NCBI GenBank assembly: GCA_020630065.1
Contig: JAHDCC010000001.1
Coordinates: forward strand, 38,706 to 102,705
Source: Acidimicrobiales bacterium
Lineage (GTDB): Bacteria > Actinomycetota > Acidimicrobiia > Acidimicrobiales > SZUA-35
Length of the DNA: 64,000 nucleotides
Direction of reading: 5' to 3'
Shown: positions 49,667 to 60,067 of the stretch, one piece after another
Position numbering within the stretch: the first letter of the stretch is position 1
Layout of the letters: each line of letters starts with the position of its first letter
Program-made: the position numbers and the translations under genes
The notes under the pieces: generated by a model
What the model saw: only the letters and a program-made list of their open reading frames with translations
Database searches by the model: none
What the model was told of the DNA's origin: nothing

Positions 49667-50222
49667 ATTAGGAATCGACCCAGGCTTAACTAGATGCGGA
49701 TATGCCGTTTTGCGCCCAGGTAAACGGGGGAAAGCGACTGCGGTAGCTATGGGCGTGCTCCGTACGTCCGCCGAAGACTCCGTCCCAGAGCGTTTAGCCG
49801 AGCTGCAAACCGAAATCCGACTACTCCATGACGAATATCAGCCAGCGGTAGTATCAGTCGAAAAAATCTTCTTCACACACAACGCGTCAACGGCAGTAGG
49901 AGTAGCCCAAGCGTCAGGACTTATTTTGGCTGAATCGGCGGCACGGGGCGCCGACGTGCACCAGTACTCACCAACTGCAGTCAAATCGGTTGTCGCCGGC
50001 GACGGTAAGGCGAACAAAACACAAATCCAAGAAATGGTACAGGTTCTACTCGGCCTGACTGAACTGCCAAAACCGGCAGATGCCGCCGACGCTGCCGCTT
50101 TGGCGTTGTGCCATCTAGCCTACGATCCGTCGCTAGGTCGCAAAACAATATCGGCTGAACCGGGTAATTCTCAAAAACACGGAACCGTTAAAAGCGACGG
50201 TGCCGAGAAGGTCACGACATGA
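49659..50222 (+). CDS. ruvC: Holliday junction resolvase RuvC
   Basis: LGIDPG, VE.IFF, K.QIQ.MV and DAADA motifs. Confidence 0.96.
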   Translation: MFVLGIDPGLTRCGYAVLRPGKRGKATAVAMGVLRTSAEDSVPERLAELQTEIRLLHDEYQPAVVSVEKIFFTHNASTAVGVAQASGLILAESAARGADVHQYSPTAVKSVVAGDGKANKTQIQEMVQVLLGLTELPKPADAADAAALALCHLAYDPSLGRKTISAEPGNSQKHGTVKSDGAEKVTT

Positions 50223-50833
50223 TTGCGTCACTCCGAGGAATGTTGACCGAGCGCCTTGTCGGCGGCGACCGAAGCGTCGGCGTTGATGCCATCGTCGAAG
50301 TCGCCGGAGTCGGATACCAAATAACGATGACCGCAGCGACGTTGTCTCGTCTGCCCTCAGGTGAAGAAGTTGTTGTCTATATCCATCATCACATACGAGA
50401 ATCCGACCAGAAACTGTTTGGGTTTCTTTCGTTAACCGAACGGTCAGCGTTCGAAGGTTTATTGGGCGCTCATGGAGTAGGTCCATCGTTGGCGTTAGCG
50501 GTGTTGAGCACCCACCCGGCAGCTCAACTCGAACGAATCCTGGCTGACGACGATCTGGCCGCGCTGTGCGAGGTGCCAGGAGTGGGCAAAAAAACCGCAC
50601 AACGCCTACTCGTCGAACTGAAATCTACCTTGGTGATCCCAACTGAGGAAACAACCGAAGCGGGTGGTGTGGTCGAAACCGACGGACAGACCGCTATCGG
50701 CGACGTCAGAGAAGCGTTGTCAAGCCTTGGATATTCTTCAGAAGAGATCCGCAAAGCCGTAATTGATCTACCTGCCGATGCCGAAGATTCAGGGCCGCTG
50801 CTCAAACAAGCGCTACGAACATTGGCGGGATAA
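50219..50833 (+). CDS. ruvA: Holliday junction branch migration protein RuvA
   Basis: [27 protein letters not shown] and ALSSLGY motifs. Confidence 0.96.
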   Translation: MIASLRGMLTERLVGGDRSVGVDAIVEVAGVGYQITMTAATLSRLPSGEEVVVYIHHHIRESDQKLFGFLSLTERSAFEGLLGAHGVGPSLALAVLSTHPAAQLERILADDDLAALCEVPGVGKKTAQRLLVELKSTLVIPTEETTEAGGVVETDGQTAIGDVREALSSLGYSSEEIRKAVIDLPADAEDSGPLLKQALRTLAG

Positions 50834-50837
50834 CTAC

Positions 50838-51920
50838 ATGGCTCGTGACGAATTGATCAACCCGAATAGCAGTCTGGTCAACCCGGAAGTAACCGAAGAC
50901 GACGTAGTCGAAGAGATCAGCGAAGAGTCAGGTCTACGACCGACAAGCCTCGACGATTTTGTAGGTCAGGCGGAACTAAAAGAGCGGCTCGGCATAATTC
51001 TGGAAGCCGCAGCAGAGCGCAAACAAGCCGCCGACCACCTTCTCTTTGGAGGCCCGCCCGGACTGGGCAAGACGACGCTGGCCGGAATTGTCGCCACCGA
51101 ACTCGGCGCTCACCTTCATGTAACGTCCGGCCCCGCTATCGAGCGAGCCGGTGACCTAGCGTCGATCCTAACCAAAGTCGAACGAGGCGACGTTCTGTTC
51201 ATCGACGAAATCCATCGGCTCCCACGGGTAGTCGAAGAAGTTCTTTATCCTGCGATGGAAGACCTCCAACTCGACGTCATGTTAGGTAAAGGTCCAGCGG
51301 CACGATCTATTCGGTTCGATATCGAACCATTCACACTGGTCGGTGCGACGACGCGTACCGGCCTTATCACCGGCCCGCTGCGTGACCGGTTTGGGTTCGC
51401 GTTTCGGCTCGAATACTACGATGCCGCCGATCTTGAACTAATAACATTGAGGGCAGCCGAGGTTTTAGGGGTCGAAATCGACGCTGGGGGTGCGTCGGAA
51501 ATAGCGTGCCGCAGTCGAGGCACGCCTCGAATAACAAACCGACTACTCCGACGTGTACGCGACTACGCCCAAGTTCGAGGCACCGGCAAAATCGATCAAG
51601 AAACCGCGTCTGACGGACTTGCCTTGTTCGGAATCGATGAACGAGGTCTTGATAAGGTCGACCGGACCCTGCTCGACAACCTTTGTAACCGATTCGGCGG
51701 AGGTCCGGTAGGTTTATCGACGTTGGCGATCAGTCTCGGTGAGCCGACCGAAACCGTAGAAGACGTAATCGAACCATTCCTCATTCAACAAGGCCTGCTG
51801 GTACGCACACCACGGGGTAGAGTAGCGACTCCTGCATCGTGGAAACATCTAGGCATGGCACCCCCAAAGGACCAGGAAGTTCTTGACCTCGATTTCGAAC
51901 CTCCTGCCATTATTGATTAG
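50838..51920 (+). CDS. ruvB: Holliday junction branch migration helicase RuvB
   Basis: [34 protein letters not shown] and RTPRGR motifs; ATG 50838. Confidence 0.97.
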   Translation: MARDELINPNSSLVNPEVTEDDVVEEISEESGLRPTSLDDFVGQAELKERLGIILEAAAERKQAADHLLFGGPPGLGKTTLAGIVATELGAHLHVTSGPAIERAGDLASILTKVERGDVLFIDEIHRLPRVVEEVLYPAMEDLQLDVMLGKGPAARSIRFDIEPFTLVGATTRTGLITGPLRDRFGFAFRLEYYDAADLELITLRAAEVLGVEIDAGGASEIACRSRGTPRITNRLLRRVRDYAQVRGTGKIDQETASDGLALFGIDERGLDKVDRTLLDNLCNRFGGGPVGLSTLAISLGEPTETVEDVIEPFLIQQGLLVRTPRGRVATPASWKHLGMAPPKDQEVLDLDFEPPAIID

Positions 51921-51958
51921 AGAACCAGATCATTCAAAAAAGGGCGACGGATACACCA

Positions 51959-53686
51959 ATGGGTGAGGAAACCGAAATAGTAGGTCGAATACTAGGAACC
52001 GAAGACGCGACACCGCTGCTGTTTTGGGTAGCAATCGCTCCAGGCCAACATCTTCAACTAGACGACGTGATCGCGGTCGACCGGATTATGCCAACCGGCG
52101 AGACGATCACCGCCTATGGCGTAGTAGGCCAGGTTCGTGCCCGCCATGAAGGCGCCAAATTTCAGAGCGACGTTTTCATGATCGCCGATGGGCGGCTTCC
52201 AGCCGAAGTTTCAGAAGCCGCCGAGATTCAGCTAACAAGAGTCGTCCCAGAAACGTTCGTCCCGCCGTTACCCGGAGAACCGGTGCGTAAAGCGACCGAC
52301 TCAGAGCGGGATGTCGCCCTCGATTTTGCTGACGTTGAACGTCGACTACCTGCTGGGTTGAGTAGGGAAAACGAGCCGATCTATCTTGATCTTGATTTTG
52401 TCGACGGAACCAAAGGTGCCCACGTCAACATCAGCGGCATCTCGGGTGTTGCCACAAAAACTAGCTACGCGACCTTCTTGTTGTATTCGATCTTCAACAG
52501 CGGCGTCCTCGGCGCGTCGGCCACCAACACCAAAGGGCTTATCTTCAACGTCAAAGGCGAAGACCTTCTCTTTCTCGACCATGACAACACCTCGCTCACC
52601 CCAGACCAGCGGGCCCGCTACGGGTTCTTGGACCTCGAACCGCACCCGTTCACCAGCGTCGGCATCATGGCGCCGCCACGGCCCGGCGACCCGAACGCAA
52701 CGCCCCAAACCGGGGCCCGCCAAGTAGGAGTCGAACCGTACTTCTGGACCATCGCAGAGTTTTGCGAACAAGGCTTACTGCCGTTTCTCTTCGCCGACGC
52801 CGAAGACGAGCGCCAGCAATACACCATCGTCGTGCGTTCAGTTACCGAACAACTACGACGGTGTGCACGCACTGGTGACACCTCTGACGGGGCCGTTTCG
52901 ATCAACGGGGTACGAGTCAGAACCTTCGAGAAACTAGTTGAAGTCATCGAAGACATTTTGATCCCAGAAGACCCAGACGACTATGTTGATGCGAAATGGT
53001 CTGGACGGGCAGTCGGCGGCGGAACCATCAACGCCTTTGTGCGAAGACTGTCAGGCTCGACCAAATACATGTCGCAGCTCATACGCGCTGACGTCAATAA
53101 CGCAACCCGCTACCAGCTTGATTTAGACAAAAACCAGTTGACGGTAGTCGATATTCATCAGCTTCATGACCGAGCGAAACGGTTTGTTGTCGGTGTTGTT
53201 CTGCAGCAGGCGTTCGCAGCGAAAGAGGCCTCGGGTGTCGCAGACCCACTCCAGTTCATCGTGCTTGACGAATTAAACAAATACGCACCACGGGACTCAT
53301 CCAGCCCAATCAAAGAAATACTCTTGGACGTGGCGGAACGAGGCCGCAGCCTGGGAATCATCCTCATAGGCGCTCAGCAAACGGCAAGTGAGGTCGAACG
53401 ACGGATCGTCGCAAACAGCGCCGTACGGGTAGTAGGCCGACTCGATAGCGCGGAGGCGGGCCGAGAACAATACGGCTTTCTGCCCGGCCTTCAACGCCAA
53501 CGGGCGACTATTCTGAAACCCGGTTCGATGTATCTGGCACAGCCACGGCTTCCGGTTCCCTTGCTGGTCGAATTTCCATTCCCAGCGTGGGCAACAAGGT
53601 CTTCGGAAGCCAATCTGGCCGGGACAATCGATCACAAATCACTTGGCACCAAAGATATGTCCGATCCGTTTGACGAGGTCCAATGA
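51959..53686 (+). CDS. herA: HerA-family (FtsK/HerA) DNA translocase ATPase
   Basis: N-terminal HAS-barrel-like region; HVNISGISGVATKTS (variant Walker A), FNVKGED, IVLDELNKY and ERGRSLG..LIGAQQ motifs. Confidence 0.88.
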   Translation: MGEETEIVGRILGTEDATPLLFWVAIAPGQHLQLDDVIAVDRIMPTGETITAYGVVGQVRARHEGAKFQSDVFMIADGRLPAEVSEAAEIQLTRVVPETFVPPLPGEPVRKATDSERDVALDFADVERRLPAGLSRENEPIYLDLDFVDGTKGAHVNISGISGVATKTSYATFLLYSIFNSGVLGASATNTKGLIFNVKGEDLLFLDHDNTSLTPDQRARYGFLDLEPHPFTSVGIMAPPRPGDPNATPQTGARQVGVEPYFWTIAEFCEQGLLPFLFADAEDERQQYTIVVRSVTEQLRRCARTGDTSDGAVSINGVRVRTFEKLVEVIEDILIPEDPDDYVDAKWSGRAVGGGTINAFVRRLSGSTKYMSQLIRADVNNATRYQLDLDKNQLTVVDIHQLHDRAKRFVVGVVLQQAFAAKEASGVADPLQFIVLDELNKYAPRDSSSPIKEILLDVAERGRSLGIILIGAQQTASEVERRIVANSAVRVVGRLDSAEAGREQYGFLPGLQRQRATILKPGSMYLAQPRLPVPLLVEFPFPAWATRSSEANLAGTIDHKSLGTKDMSDPFDEVQ

Positions 53687-54873
53687 AGCTGCTTCACACC
53701 AGCGATTGGCACGTTGGAAAAACCATTCGAGGTCGATCACGTGCGGAGGAACACAAAACCGTTCTGGCCGAAATGGCCGACATCGCTGACAACGAAAACG
53801 TTGACGTAATCATTGTTGCCGGCGACCTGTTTGAAACCGCAACGCCGACCGCCGAATCAGAACAGATCGTCTACAAAGCTTTGCTCGATTTTGCCAACAC
53901 CGGCGCTCAAGTTGTTGTGATCGCCGGTAATCACGACAATGCTCGACGTCTAGAAGCGGTAACCCCAGTCTTTCACGCCGTCGGGTCGATCCACGTCGTC
54001 ACGAAGGCAACCCGGCCGTCAGAAGGTGGAACCATAACAATTGAGACTTCCACCGGAGAAACAGCTAAGGTCGCTATGCTTCCGTTTGTCTCCAAGCGAG
54101 GCATCGTCAAGGCAGCCGAACTGTGGGACAACGAAGCGTTCGAAAACTCCCAAAAATACACTGACCGGGTCACAAAAATGATGGCGCTGCTAGCCAACGA
54201 GTTCGACCCGAAGACCATTAATATCTTGGTCGCTCATACTTTTGTTCACGGACAGGCACTAGGTGGTGGTGAACGCCAAGCACATTTCGTTGAAGAGTAC
54301 GCAGTCACCTCACAATCAATCCCAACTACCGCCAACTATGTGGCGCTCGGTCACGTGCACAAAGCGCAGAAAGTGTCAGCCGGGTCGGTCACCCACTATT
54401 GCGGATCGCCTCTTCAACTCGACTTCGGAGACGGTGAAACCGACAAACAAGTAAACCTAGTCGAGCTACGGGTAGGCGCACCAGGAGCAGTCACACCTCG
54501 AATACTTACATCGGGTAGACGACTCCAAACCCTCCGTGGTTCATTGGCCGAGCTGCAGGCCCAAGCTCAGTCTATTTCAGACGACACCTGGCTCAGAGTT
54601 TTTATAGACCAACCAAACCATGCCGGTCTAGCTGACCAGGTCCGACAACTCTTCGGCGACCGCCTAGTCGAAGTCAAAGTAACGAGTGTAAACCCGACAG
54701 TCTCTACAAAACAGCCTCGTCGGATTGGTCGATCGGCGCGGGAACTATTCGCAGAATACCTTTCGGAACGTAATATCGACGACGACCGTCTACTCGACGC
54801 GTTCAATGACCTGGTAGAGGCTGAACTTGACGCAACACAACACGTAACCCCAGGTGGGGACGTCTCAACATGA
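53683..54873 (+). CDS. sbcD: SbcD/Mre11 nuclease
   Basis: HTSDWH, AGDLF, GNHD, VAH, LGHVH and GSP motifs; ATGA overlap with herA. Confidence 0.95.
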   Translation: MKLLHTSDWHVGKTIRGRSRAEEHKTVLAEMADIADNENVDVIIVAGDLFETATPTAESEQIVYKALLDFANTGAQVVVIAGNHDNARRLEAVTPVFHAVGSIHVVTKATRPSEGGTITIETSTGETAKVAMLPFVSKRGIVKAAELWDNEAFENSQKYTDRVTKMMALLANEFDPKTINILVAHTFVHGQALGGGERQAHFVEEYAVTSQSIPTTANYVALGHVHKAQKVSAGSVTHYCGSPLQLDFGDGETDKQVNLVELRVGAPGAVTPRILTSGRRLQTLRGSLAELQAQAQSISDDTWLRVFIDQPNHAGLADQVRQLFGDRLVEVKVTSVNPTVSTKQPRRIGRSARELFAEYLSERNIDDDRLLDAFNDLVEAELDATQHVTPGGDVST

Positions 54874-57761
54874 GACCGGTGCGACTGGCCATGGAAGGAT
54901 TCGGAGGGTTTCGTTCCGCCACAACCGTCGACTTCGACGATCTTGAACTTGTCGCGCTCGTAGGGAAAACCGGCTCTGGTAAGTCGACGATTATCGACGC
55001 TATTACGTTTGCTCTCTACGGGATGGTTTCTCGCTACGACGACGGTCGAAAAGTTCACCCCGTCATCAACTCGCTCGCGACGGAAGCCAAAGTCCAGTTT
55101 GTATTCGAATCGGGTGGAGTCGAATACAACGCCACACGCGTCATTCGTCGGACCAAAACCGGAGCCTCGACCAAAGAAGCCCGCTTTCAAAACCAGCAAA
55201 CCGTGCTGGCCGAAGGAGCGAAAGAAGTGACGGCTGCGGCCGAAGGAGTTTTAGGTCTCGACTTCGCCCAATTCACCAAAGTCGTCGTGTTACCTCAAGG
55301 AAGATTTTCTGCGTTTCTTCGAGACTCGGCCAAAGACAGACGGGTGATGTTGGCCGAAACGCTAGGTGTCAGCCGATACGACGCTATTGGACGGACCGCT
55401 CGAGAAATCGCCAAAAATGCTTCGATCAAAGCCGACGAAAAACGAGCCACTCTCCAACGGTTTGAATCACAGACAGGCGACGTCAAAGCGCTCGAACAAG
55501 ACTTGGATGCACTTCGGAAGATCTCAGTCTTGGTTGAGCAGCGAACAGCGCAAGTTCGAACACTAACCAACGCCAGCGCCGAGTTGAAAACCTCACAGGC
55601 CCAGACAGAAGTCGCTATCAAGAAATTGCAGGCGATAGAGATACCGGCAACGGTTTCAGATCTAGACGACAAGATTTCGGCCGCTCGACAAGCATTAGAA
55701 CGATCATCCCGTCTGGTTGAACAGCACGACAACGAACGAGAACGAGCTATTGCCGCCTTCGAAGCCGGACCAGACGTTGAACGAAGCCAACAACTCCTAG
55801 ATGACTTCGACGCACAAGCCGGCTTTGCGAACCAACTCGGCGACGTCGAAGTCGAACTAAGTCAAGCAGCCAAAAAAGTTGACGAAGCGGAAAAATCTCT
55901 CCTCGGGTATAGCGAGAAAATACAAGTAGTAGAACAGGAACTAGCTGACGCCGAGACACAAGAATCTGAATGTCGAAATGATTTGGCCGATGGCCCTAAT
56001 CTCGATGGAATCAACCTCACCCGTTCCAAAAGACATGAGCTAACCCAACTACAGTCCAAAGTTGTTGAGCAACAAACAACTATCGAAGCTACACAAACCC
56101 AACTACTCGAGGCCCAAAACGCGTTCGAGCTAGAACAAGCAGCCGTCGAGCTAGCGGAACAAAACCATCAACGAGTTGTTGACTCTGAGCAGGGGGCTGC
56201 GCTTCGTCACAGCCTCGTTATAGGCGAGCCATGCCCGGTTTGTGAGACAAACGTAGAACGGCTACCGACGAGTGATCTATCCGGCAATGTCGCTGCTACC
56301 GACGAACAGCGGATCCAGGCCCAACGGCAAGCGGTCAAACGAAAGTCCGAAGTTGACAAGCTCCAACAACTCGGCGTCGAACAGCTTGCTACGAAGCAGG
56401 CCACAGACCATCGAATCGAGGAACTGAACGCCGAGTTAGCTGAAGCCCCGACTGAAACTGACATCAAAAACCTCGAACAACAGGTCGCTCAGTTAGAACA
56501 AGCTATGCGTCAAGCCTCAAAACGTCGAGCAGACCTAACTCAGACGGTCCGTGAACTGCGTTCAGAAGAGTCGTACAAACACGCTGAGCGGCAATCAAAA
56601 CGTGCGGCGGTGACTCTCCAAAAACTTGAGAAGAAACAAGCTGCACTTTCCGGCCAGTTAAGCGTCGTCGAATCTCGACTAGCTACCGCACCCAACCGTG
56701 ACGAACTCCAGGTCGCCATCGCTGAAGCCTTAGAGTTAAAACAAAACGTCGAGCAGAGCCGCCAACGTTATAACGACACGACCGAGACACATACGAGACA
56801 GATCGAATCGCTAGACCTGTTACTCAACGAGGCGACCTCACGGCGAAGTGAATTAACGGCTGCTCGAGACAGCGTCAGCGAACTTAGGCCACCTTCTCCT
56901 ACCAACGATTCGCTACTTAACGACTGGCGGATTCTAGCCTCCTGGGCTACGGAGCAGCTGGCTATTCAGAAGAGTCATGTTCAAAGCCTGGAAGGCGAAA
57001 TCGCTGCCAATGAAACCGCAGTACAGCAGCAGATTGGCGCCATCGGCGACATCATCGACGATTCAGAAACCGCCACAGCCGGTATAGATCTTAGAGCTGA
57101 TATTTCGAGCCTTGACCCTCAAGAAGCTGCCACACAAGTCGAACGGACCGTGGCAGCCGCTATGGCCTCTATCAGCGGACAGCACAAACTGCTCTCAGCG
57201 CAGAGCCACCAGATAAGCCAGATCCAAGATGAACTTGCTGCAGTTGAACAAATACAACAAGTTCACGAGCTGCTAGGTGAACAGCTAAAAGCCAGCAATT
57301 TCCAAGATTGGATCTTGAGCGAAATAGTGACGGCGCTGGCGGATCGAGCTAGTGAACGTCTCTTTGAACTATCGGCTGGACAGTTCTCATTGGTGGCGAG
57401 CGAACTGAATTTCGAAGTCATTGACCATACCAACGGCGATAGCCGCCGTGACGCCAGAACTCTGTCTGGAGGCGAAACCTTTCTAGCTTCTTTGGCGCTC
57501 GCGCTTGCACTCGCTGATGGTATTGTCGAGATGTCCGCCAATATCACGAACCCGCTTGAGTCGCTGTTTCTGGATGAGGGCTTTGGCACACTAGATGACG
57601 ACTATCTTGACATCGTGGCAAGTGCGGTAGAGGAACTCGGCGCCCATGGCCGGACTGTGGTTGTGATCACCCACATCGATGAGTTAGCCGACCGTCTTCC
57701 AACCCGGTTCGAGCTAACAAAGATACAGGGCGACTCTTCGATCAAACGGGTCGATGTATGA
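54870..57761 (+). CDS. sbcC: SbcC/Rad50 SMC-like ATPase
   Basis: GKTGSGKST, LPQGRF, coiled coils, CPVC zinc hook, LSGGE, LFLDEGFG and ITH motifs. Confidence 0.95.
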   Translation: MRPVRLAMEGFGGFRSATTVDFDDLELVALVGKTGSGKSTIIDAITFALYGMVSRYDDGRKVHPVINSLATEAKVQFVFESGGVEYNATRVIRRTKTGASTKEARFQNQQTVLAEGAKEVTAAAEGVLGLDFAQFTKVVVLPQGRFSAFLRDSAKDRRVMLAETLGVSRYDAIGRTAREIAKNASIKADEKRATLQRFESQTGDVKALEQDLDALRKISVLVEQRTAQVRTLTNASAELKTSQAQTEVAIKKLQAIEIPATVSDLDDKISAARQALERSSRLVEQHDNERERAIAAFEAGPDVERSQQLLDDFDAQAGFANQLGDVEVELSQAAKKVDEAEKSLLGYSEKIQVVEQELADAETQESECRNDLADGPNLDGINLTRSKRHELTQLQSKVVEQQTTIEATQTQLLEAQNAFELEQAAVELAEQNHQRVVDSEQGAALRHSLVIGEPCPVCETNVERLPTSDLSGNVAATDEQRIQAQRQAVKRKSEVDKLQQLGVEQLATKQATDHRIEELNAELAEAPTETDIKNLEQQVAQLEQAMRQASKRRADLTQTVRELRSEESYKHAERQSKRAAVTLQKLEKKQAALSGQLSVVESRLATAPNRDELQVAIAEALELKQNVEQSRQRYNDTTETHTRQIESLDLLLNEATSRRSELTAARDSVSELRPPSPTNDSLLNDWRILASWATEQLAIQKSHVQSLEGEIAANETAVQQQIGAIGDIIDDSETATAGIDLRADISSLDPQEAATQVERTVAAAMASISGQHKLLSAQSHQISQIQDELAAVEQIQQVHELLGEQLKASNFQDWILSEIVTALADRASERLFELSAGQFSLVASELNFEVIDHTNGDSRRDARTLSGGETFLASLALALALADGIVEMSANITNPLESLFLDEGFGTLDDDYLDIVASAVEELGAHGRTVVVITHIDELADRLPTRFELTKIQGDSSIKRVDV

Positions 57762-58699
57762 GGTTCGCCGTCGAGGCCTGGTCGCCTGAGTACGGAGTGT
57801 CCGGCGACGAGTCCCAGCTCGATGAACACGCGGAGCCGGTCGACCTTGACGTAGAGGTAGCGGCGAAAAGCTGGGAACCGATTCGGGCCTCCACGCTAGA
57901 CACCATAGAACGAGTTGTGTTTGTGGATGGTGTTCGCAGAATCGACGCCCGAATCTGGGTTGACGACGGCGGGCAATCTCGACAAGGCGTCTGTGCGAGC
58001 GTCGCCGCCGGCGCAGTCGTCTGCACACCACAGAAAGCCACAGTCACAGAAGTTGCCGTATTTAGAGGGTTCTTCACCCAACCTCTCGAAAAGGCGGAGA
58101 ACATCCAGACCAAACACGGCGACTATGTCTATGTGCCGTGTGCGTCGGACCGTCCAGAAGATATCTATCTGGGCATTCACGACCAGATGACGAGTTTGGA
58201 AACTTCACTCCAGGTTGAATCCTCCGAAGCTGACCCGAAAGGGGAGAGTGATGGTGGTGACCTGATCGTTTTTGATGGGCCGCTTCGGGGTAGGAACAGT
58301 CCGAACAGCGTGGGATACGTAAAAACTCAGCATGTGCAGTATCTCCCGGATTCACATCAGCCAATTCTGGGTCGATTGTCGGCCGGGGAACGAACACCGC
58401 TGTTCCACATAGGTGGACGGTTCGGTCGGTACAGCTGGTATTTGAGGCTTCCGAGTGAGCAAACTCATCCATTAGCCGGGATCGTTCGCTGTGAAGTGGC
58501 TGCCGTCGGCCCACCGAGTGAGGCTATTGCTCTTGCGGTGCGGACGTCTGGTGTTTTGCCCTGGTATGGGTCTGAACCTCACAAAGATTCACGGGCACCC
58601 CAGAATCTGTATCCGATAGCGGGACTCGAGAATCAGCTACGCCACCGACTTGGTGATCCACTCGTTCTCGAACGAGCTTTGCGAAACGCTGCTAGTTGA
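57758..58699 (+). CDS. nurA: NurA-family 5'-3' nuclease
   Basis: VFVDGVRR, FDGPL, GYVKT, GERTP, SWYLRL and PQNLYPI..LE..LR motifs; coupled to sbcC. Confidence 0.85.
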   Translation: MRFAVEAWSPEYGVSGDESQLDEHAEPVDLDVEVAAKSWEPIRASTLDTIERVVFVDGVRRIDARIWVDDGGQSRQGVCASVAAGAVVCTPQKATVTEVAVFRGFFTQPLEKAENIQTKHGDYVYVPCASDRPEDIYLGIHDQMTSLETSLQVESSEADPKGESDGGDLIVFDGPLRGRNSPNSVGYVKTQHVQYLPDSHQPILGRLSAGERTPLFHIGGRFGRYSWYLRLPSEQTHPLAGIVRCEVAAVGPPSEAIALAVRTSGVLPWYGSEPHKDSRAPQNLYPIAGLENQLRHRLGDPLVLERALRNAAS

Positions 58700-58723
58700 C
58701 GGCCGACTACATATTGTCGGTCG
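58700..58723 (+). terminator. hairpin after nurA (probable operon end)
   Basis: CGGCCGAC-N8-GTCGGTCG; weak U-tract. Confidence 0.5.
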
Positions 58724-58775
58724 CTAGTTCTTAGTTGGCGTTCTGCTTATTCTGGTCTGTCGGTAGAGTCGCCCA

Positions 58776-59447
58776 ATGCCTACTGAATACTCTGAGTCGA
58801 TGGGGCCGACCGAGCTTGTTGCATCGGATGGTCGAACAATATCGGTCGAAGCTAATGGTACTGAACCAGCTGAAATTCGGGTTAAGGATGGCATAACAGA
58901 TGTTGTGCTTCCGTACCCTGCGGCAGGTTATGGAGGTCACCAACTCGCTCTTTCAAAAAATGAACGGCACCTTGCCGTACACTTTTTCTCGGGGCAAGGC
59001 GACAATTGGATCGAGTTGTTCGATTTTCAGCCTCTCCGCCACGTTAAACGTGTCGAAGTTGAACAGGGTGTTTGTTCGTGGCCCACATTCTCAGATGACG
59101 GACGACTTCTGGCCATAGCCTGCACAGTCAACGCCTCACTAGAGGCGGAATCGTATGGAACCAACGATGGGGACGTCGTCGACAACGCGGTGACGATTCC
59201 TTGGACCACACTCCAAATTTTTGACATCGAATTGGATAGTGCCTTCACAAGCGAAGTCGAGGTCCTGATAGCCAAAGGAGAGCCAATAGAACGGGAAGAA
59301 GACTTCTACGTTGGCAGCTACTTGGGAGTTTCTGCTGACGGAGTCGAAGTTCATATGGCCTGGGGACCGTCGGTGACGGTTCCGTTTCCGCAGGCTGACG
59401 TAGTTGTTGACGGTCCTGTCCCAGCAGGCGGCGTCGAACTAGGTTGA
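58776..59447 (+). CDS. hypothetical beta-rich protein (WD40/PD40-like repeats)
   Basis: LALSKNERHLAV and PTFSDDGRLLAI repeats; TAGAGT -10 lies 6 nt before the ATG. Confidence 0.65.
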   Translation: MPTEYSESMGPTELVASDGRTISVEANGTEPAEIRVKDGITDVVLPYPAAGYGGHQLALSKNERHLAVHFFSGQGDNWIELFDFQPLRHVKRVEVEQGVCSWPTFSDDGRLLAIACTVNASLEAESYGTNDGDVVDNAVTIPWTTLQIFDIELDSAFTSEVEVLIAKGEPIEREEDFYVGSYLGVSADGVEVHMAWGPSVTVPFPQADVVVDGPVPAGGVELG

Positions 59448-59642
59448 GATCCGGATGAGGGAAATAGCTGGTACTTCTAGTAGCAGATGTGTACGAGAAG
59501 TTGGTTTGGTACCAGTCACTGGGTCGAATCCAAGGTGTGGATCAGAGTGGCGTTCCGCTCCGGCCGCTTCAGCCATAGCGGCGGACTCGGGTTGCTCACG
59601 ACCTAACAGAACTTGAGTTGGCACTGATTGGTGATTGATCAT
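59439..59642 (-). CDS. possible small hypothetical protein
   Basis: 67 aa; ATGA overlap with the upstream gene; no recognisable motif. Confidence 0.3.
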   Translation of the reverse strand: MINHQSVPTQVLLGREQPESAAMAEAAGAERHSDPHLGFDPVTGTKPTSRTHLLLEVPAISLIRIST

Positions 59643-60067
59643 AGGTCTTCGGGTTGGATCTGTCTTGCTTCGTGTTGAATGACTACTCTTATTCCCGAGT
59701 GCTGGGATGGCAGAGAAATGGGTGGACTTGTCCCTGGTATTCTGACGTCGGTGGTACCACCTCCAGTGCGGATCACGATCTCAATCCGTTGATTGTTGTT
59801 TGTGTTCAACTCATCGAGAACTGTCTGGAGTACAGAACGTAGCTCGGTATTTGCTGGCAGTGCTTGCCAGGTTTCTTGCACCGATCGATGGATGTCGAGC
59901 TGCTCAGCTTGTTCTCGCTCGGCGTGTTTCTGGTATAGCCGATCTCGGTTGCGTTGAATCTTGTCTTGTTGCTCCTCTTTGTTGGGAGTCGTGGTGTTAC
60001 CGAGCATCACAGCGACCACACCTACGACGACGACAAAGGTGAGGACGAGAAACAGTTGTGCTGTCAT
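59639..60067 (-). CDS. hypothetical single-TM coiled-coil protein
   Basis: GGAG RBS 6 nt before ATG 60067; N-terminal TM helix followed by a charged coil. Confidence 0.65.
   Translation of the reverse strand: MTAQLFLVLTFVVVVGVVAVMLGNTTTPNKEEQQDKIQRNRDRLYQKHAEREQAEQLDIHRSVQETWQALPANTELRSVLQTVLDELNTNNNQRIEIVIRTGGGTTDVRIPGTSPPISLPSQHSGIRVVIQHEARQIQPEDL

Noticed and set aside
54567-55199. 210 aa minus-strand ORF and similar shadow ORFs throughout the window
   Set aside because: They lie opposite well-supported genes and have no recognisable features.
51959-58699. Interpretation as Wadjet, Sir2-HerA or Lamassu defence system
   Set aside because: No kleisin/KITE/Toprim, Sir2 or Lamassu effector genes are present; the partners are Mre11-type and NurA-type nucleases.
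59505-59600. GGGTCGAATCC resembling a tRNA T-loop
   Set aside because: It lacks GTTC, and no acceptor stem or cloverleaf could be folded.
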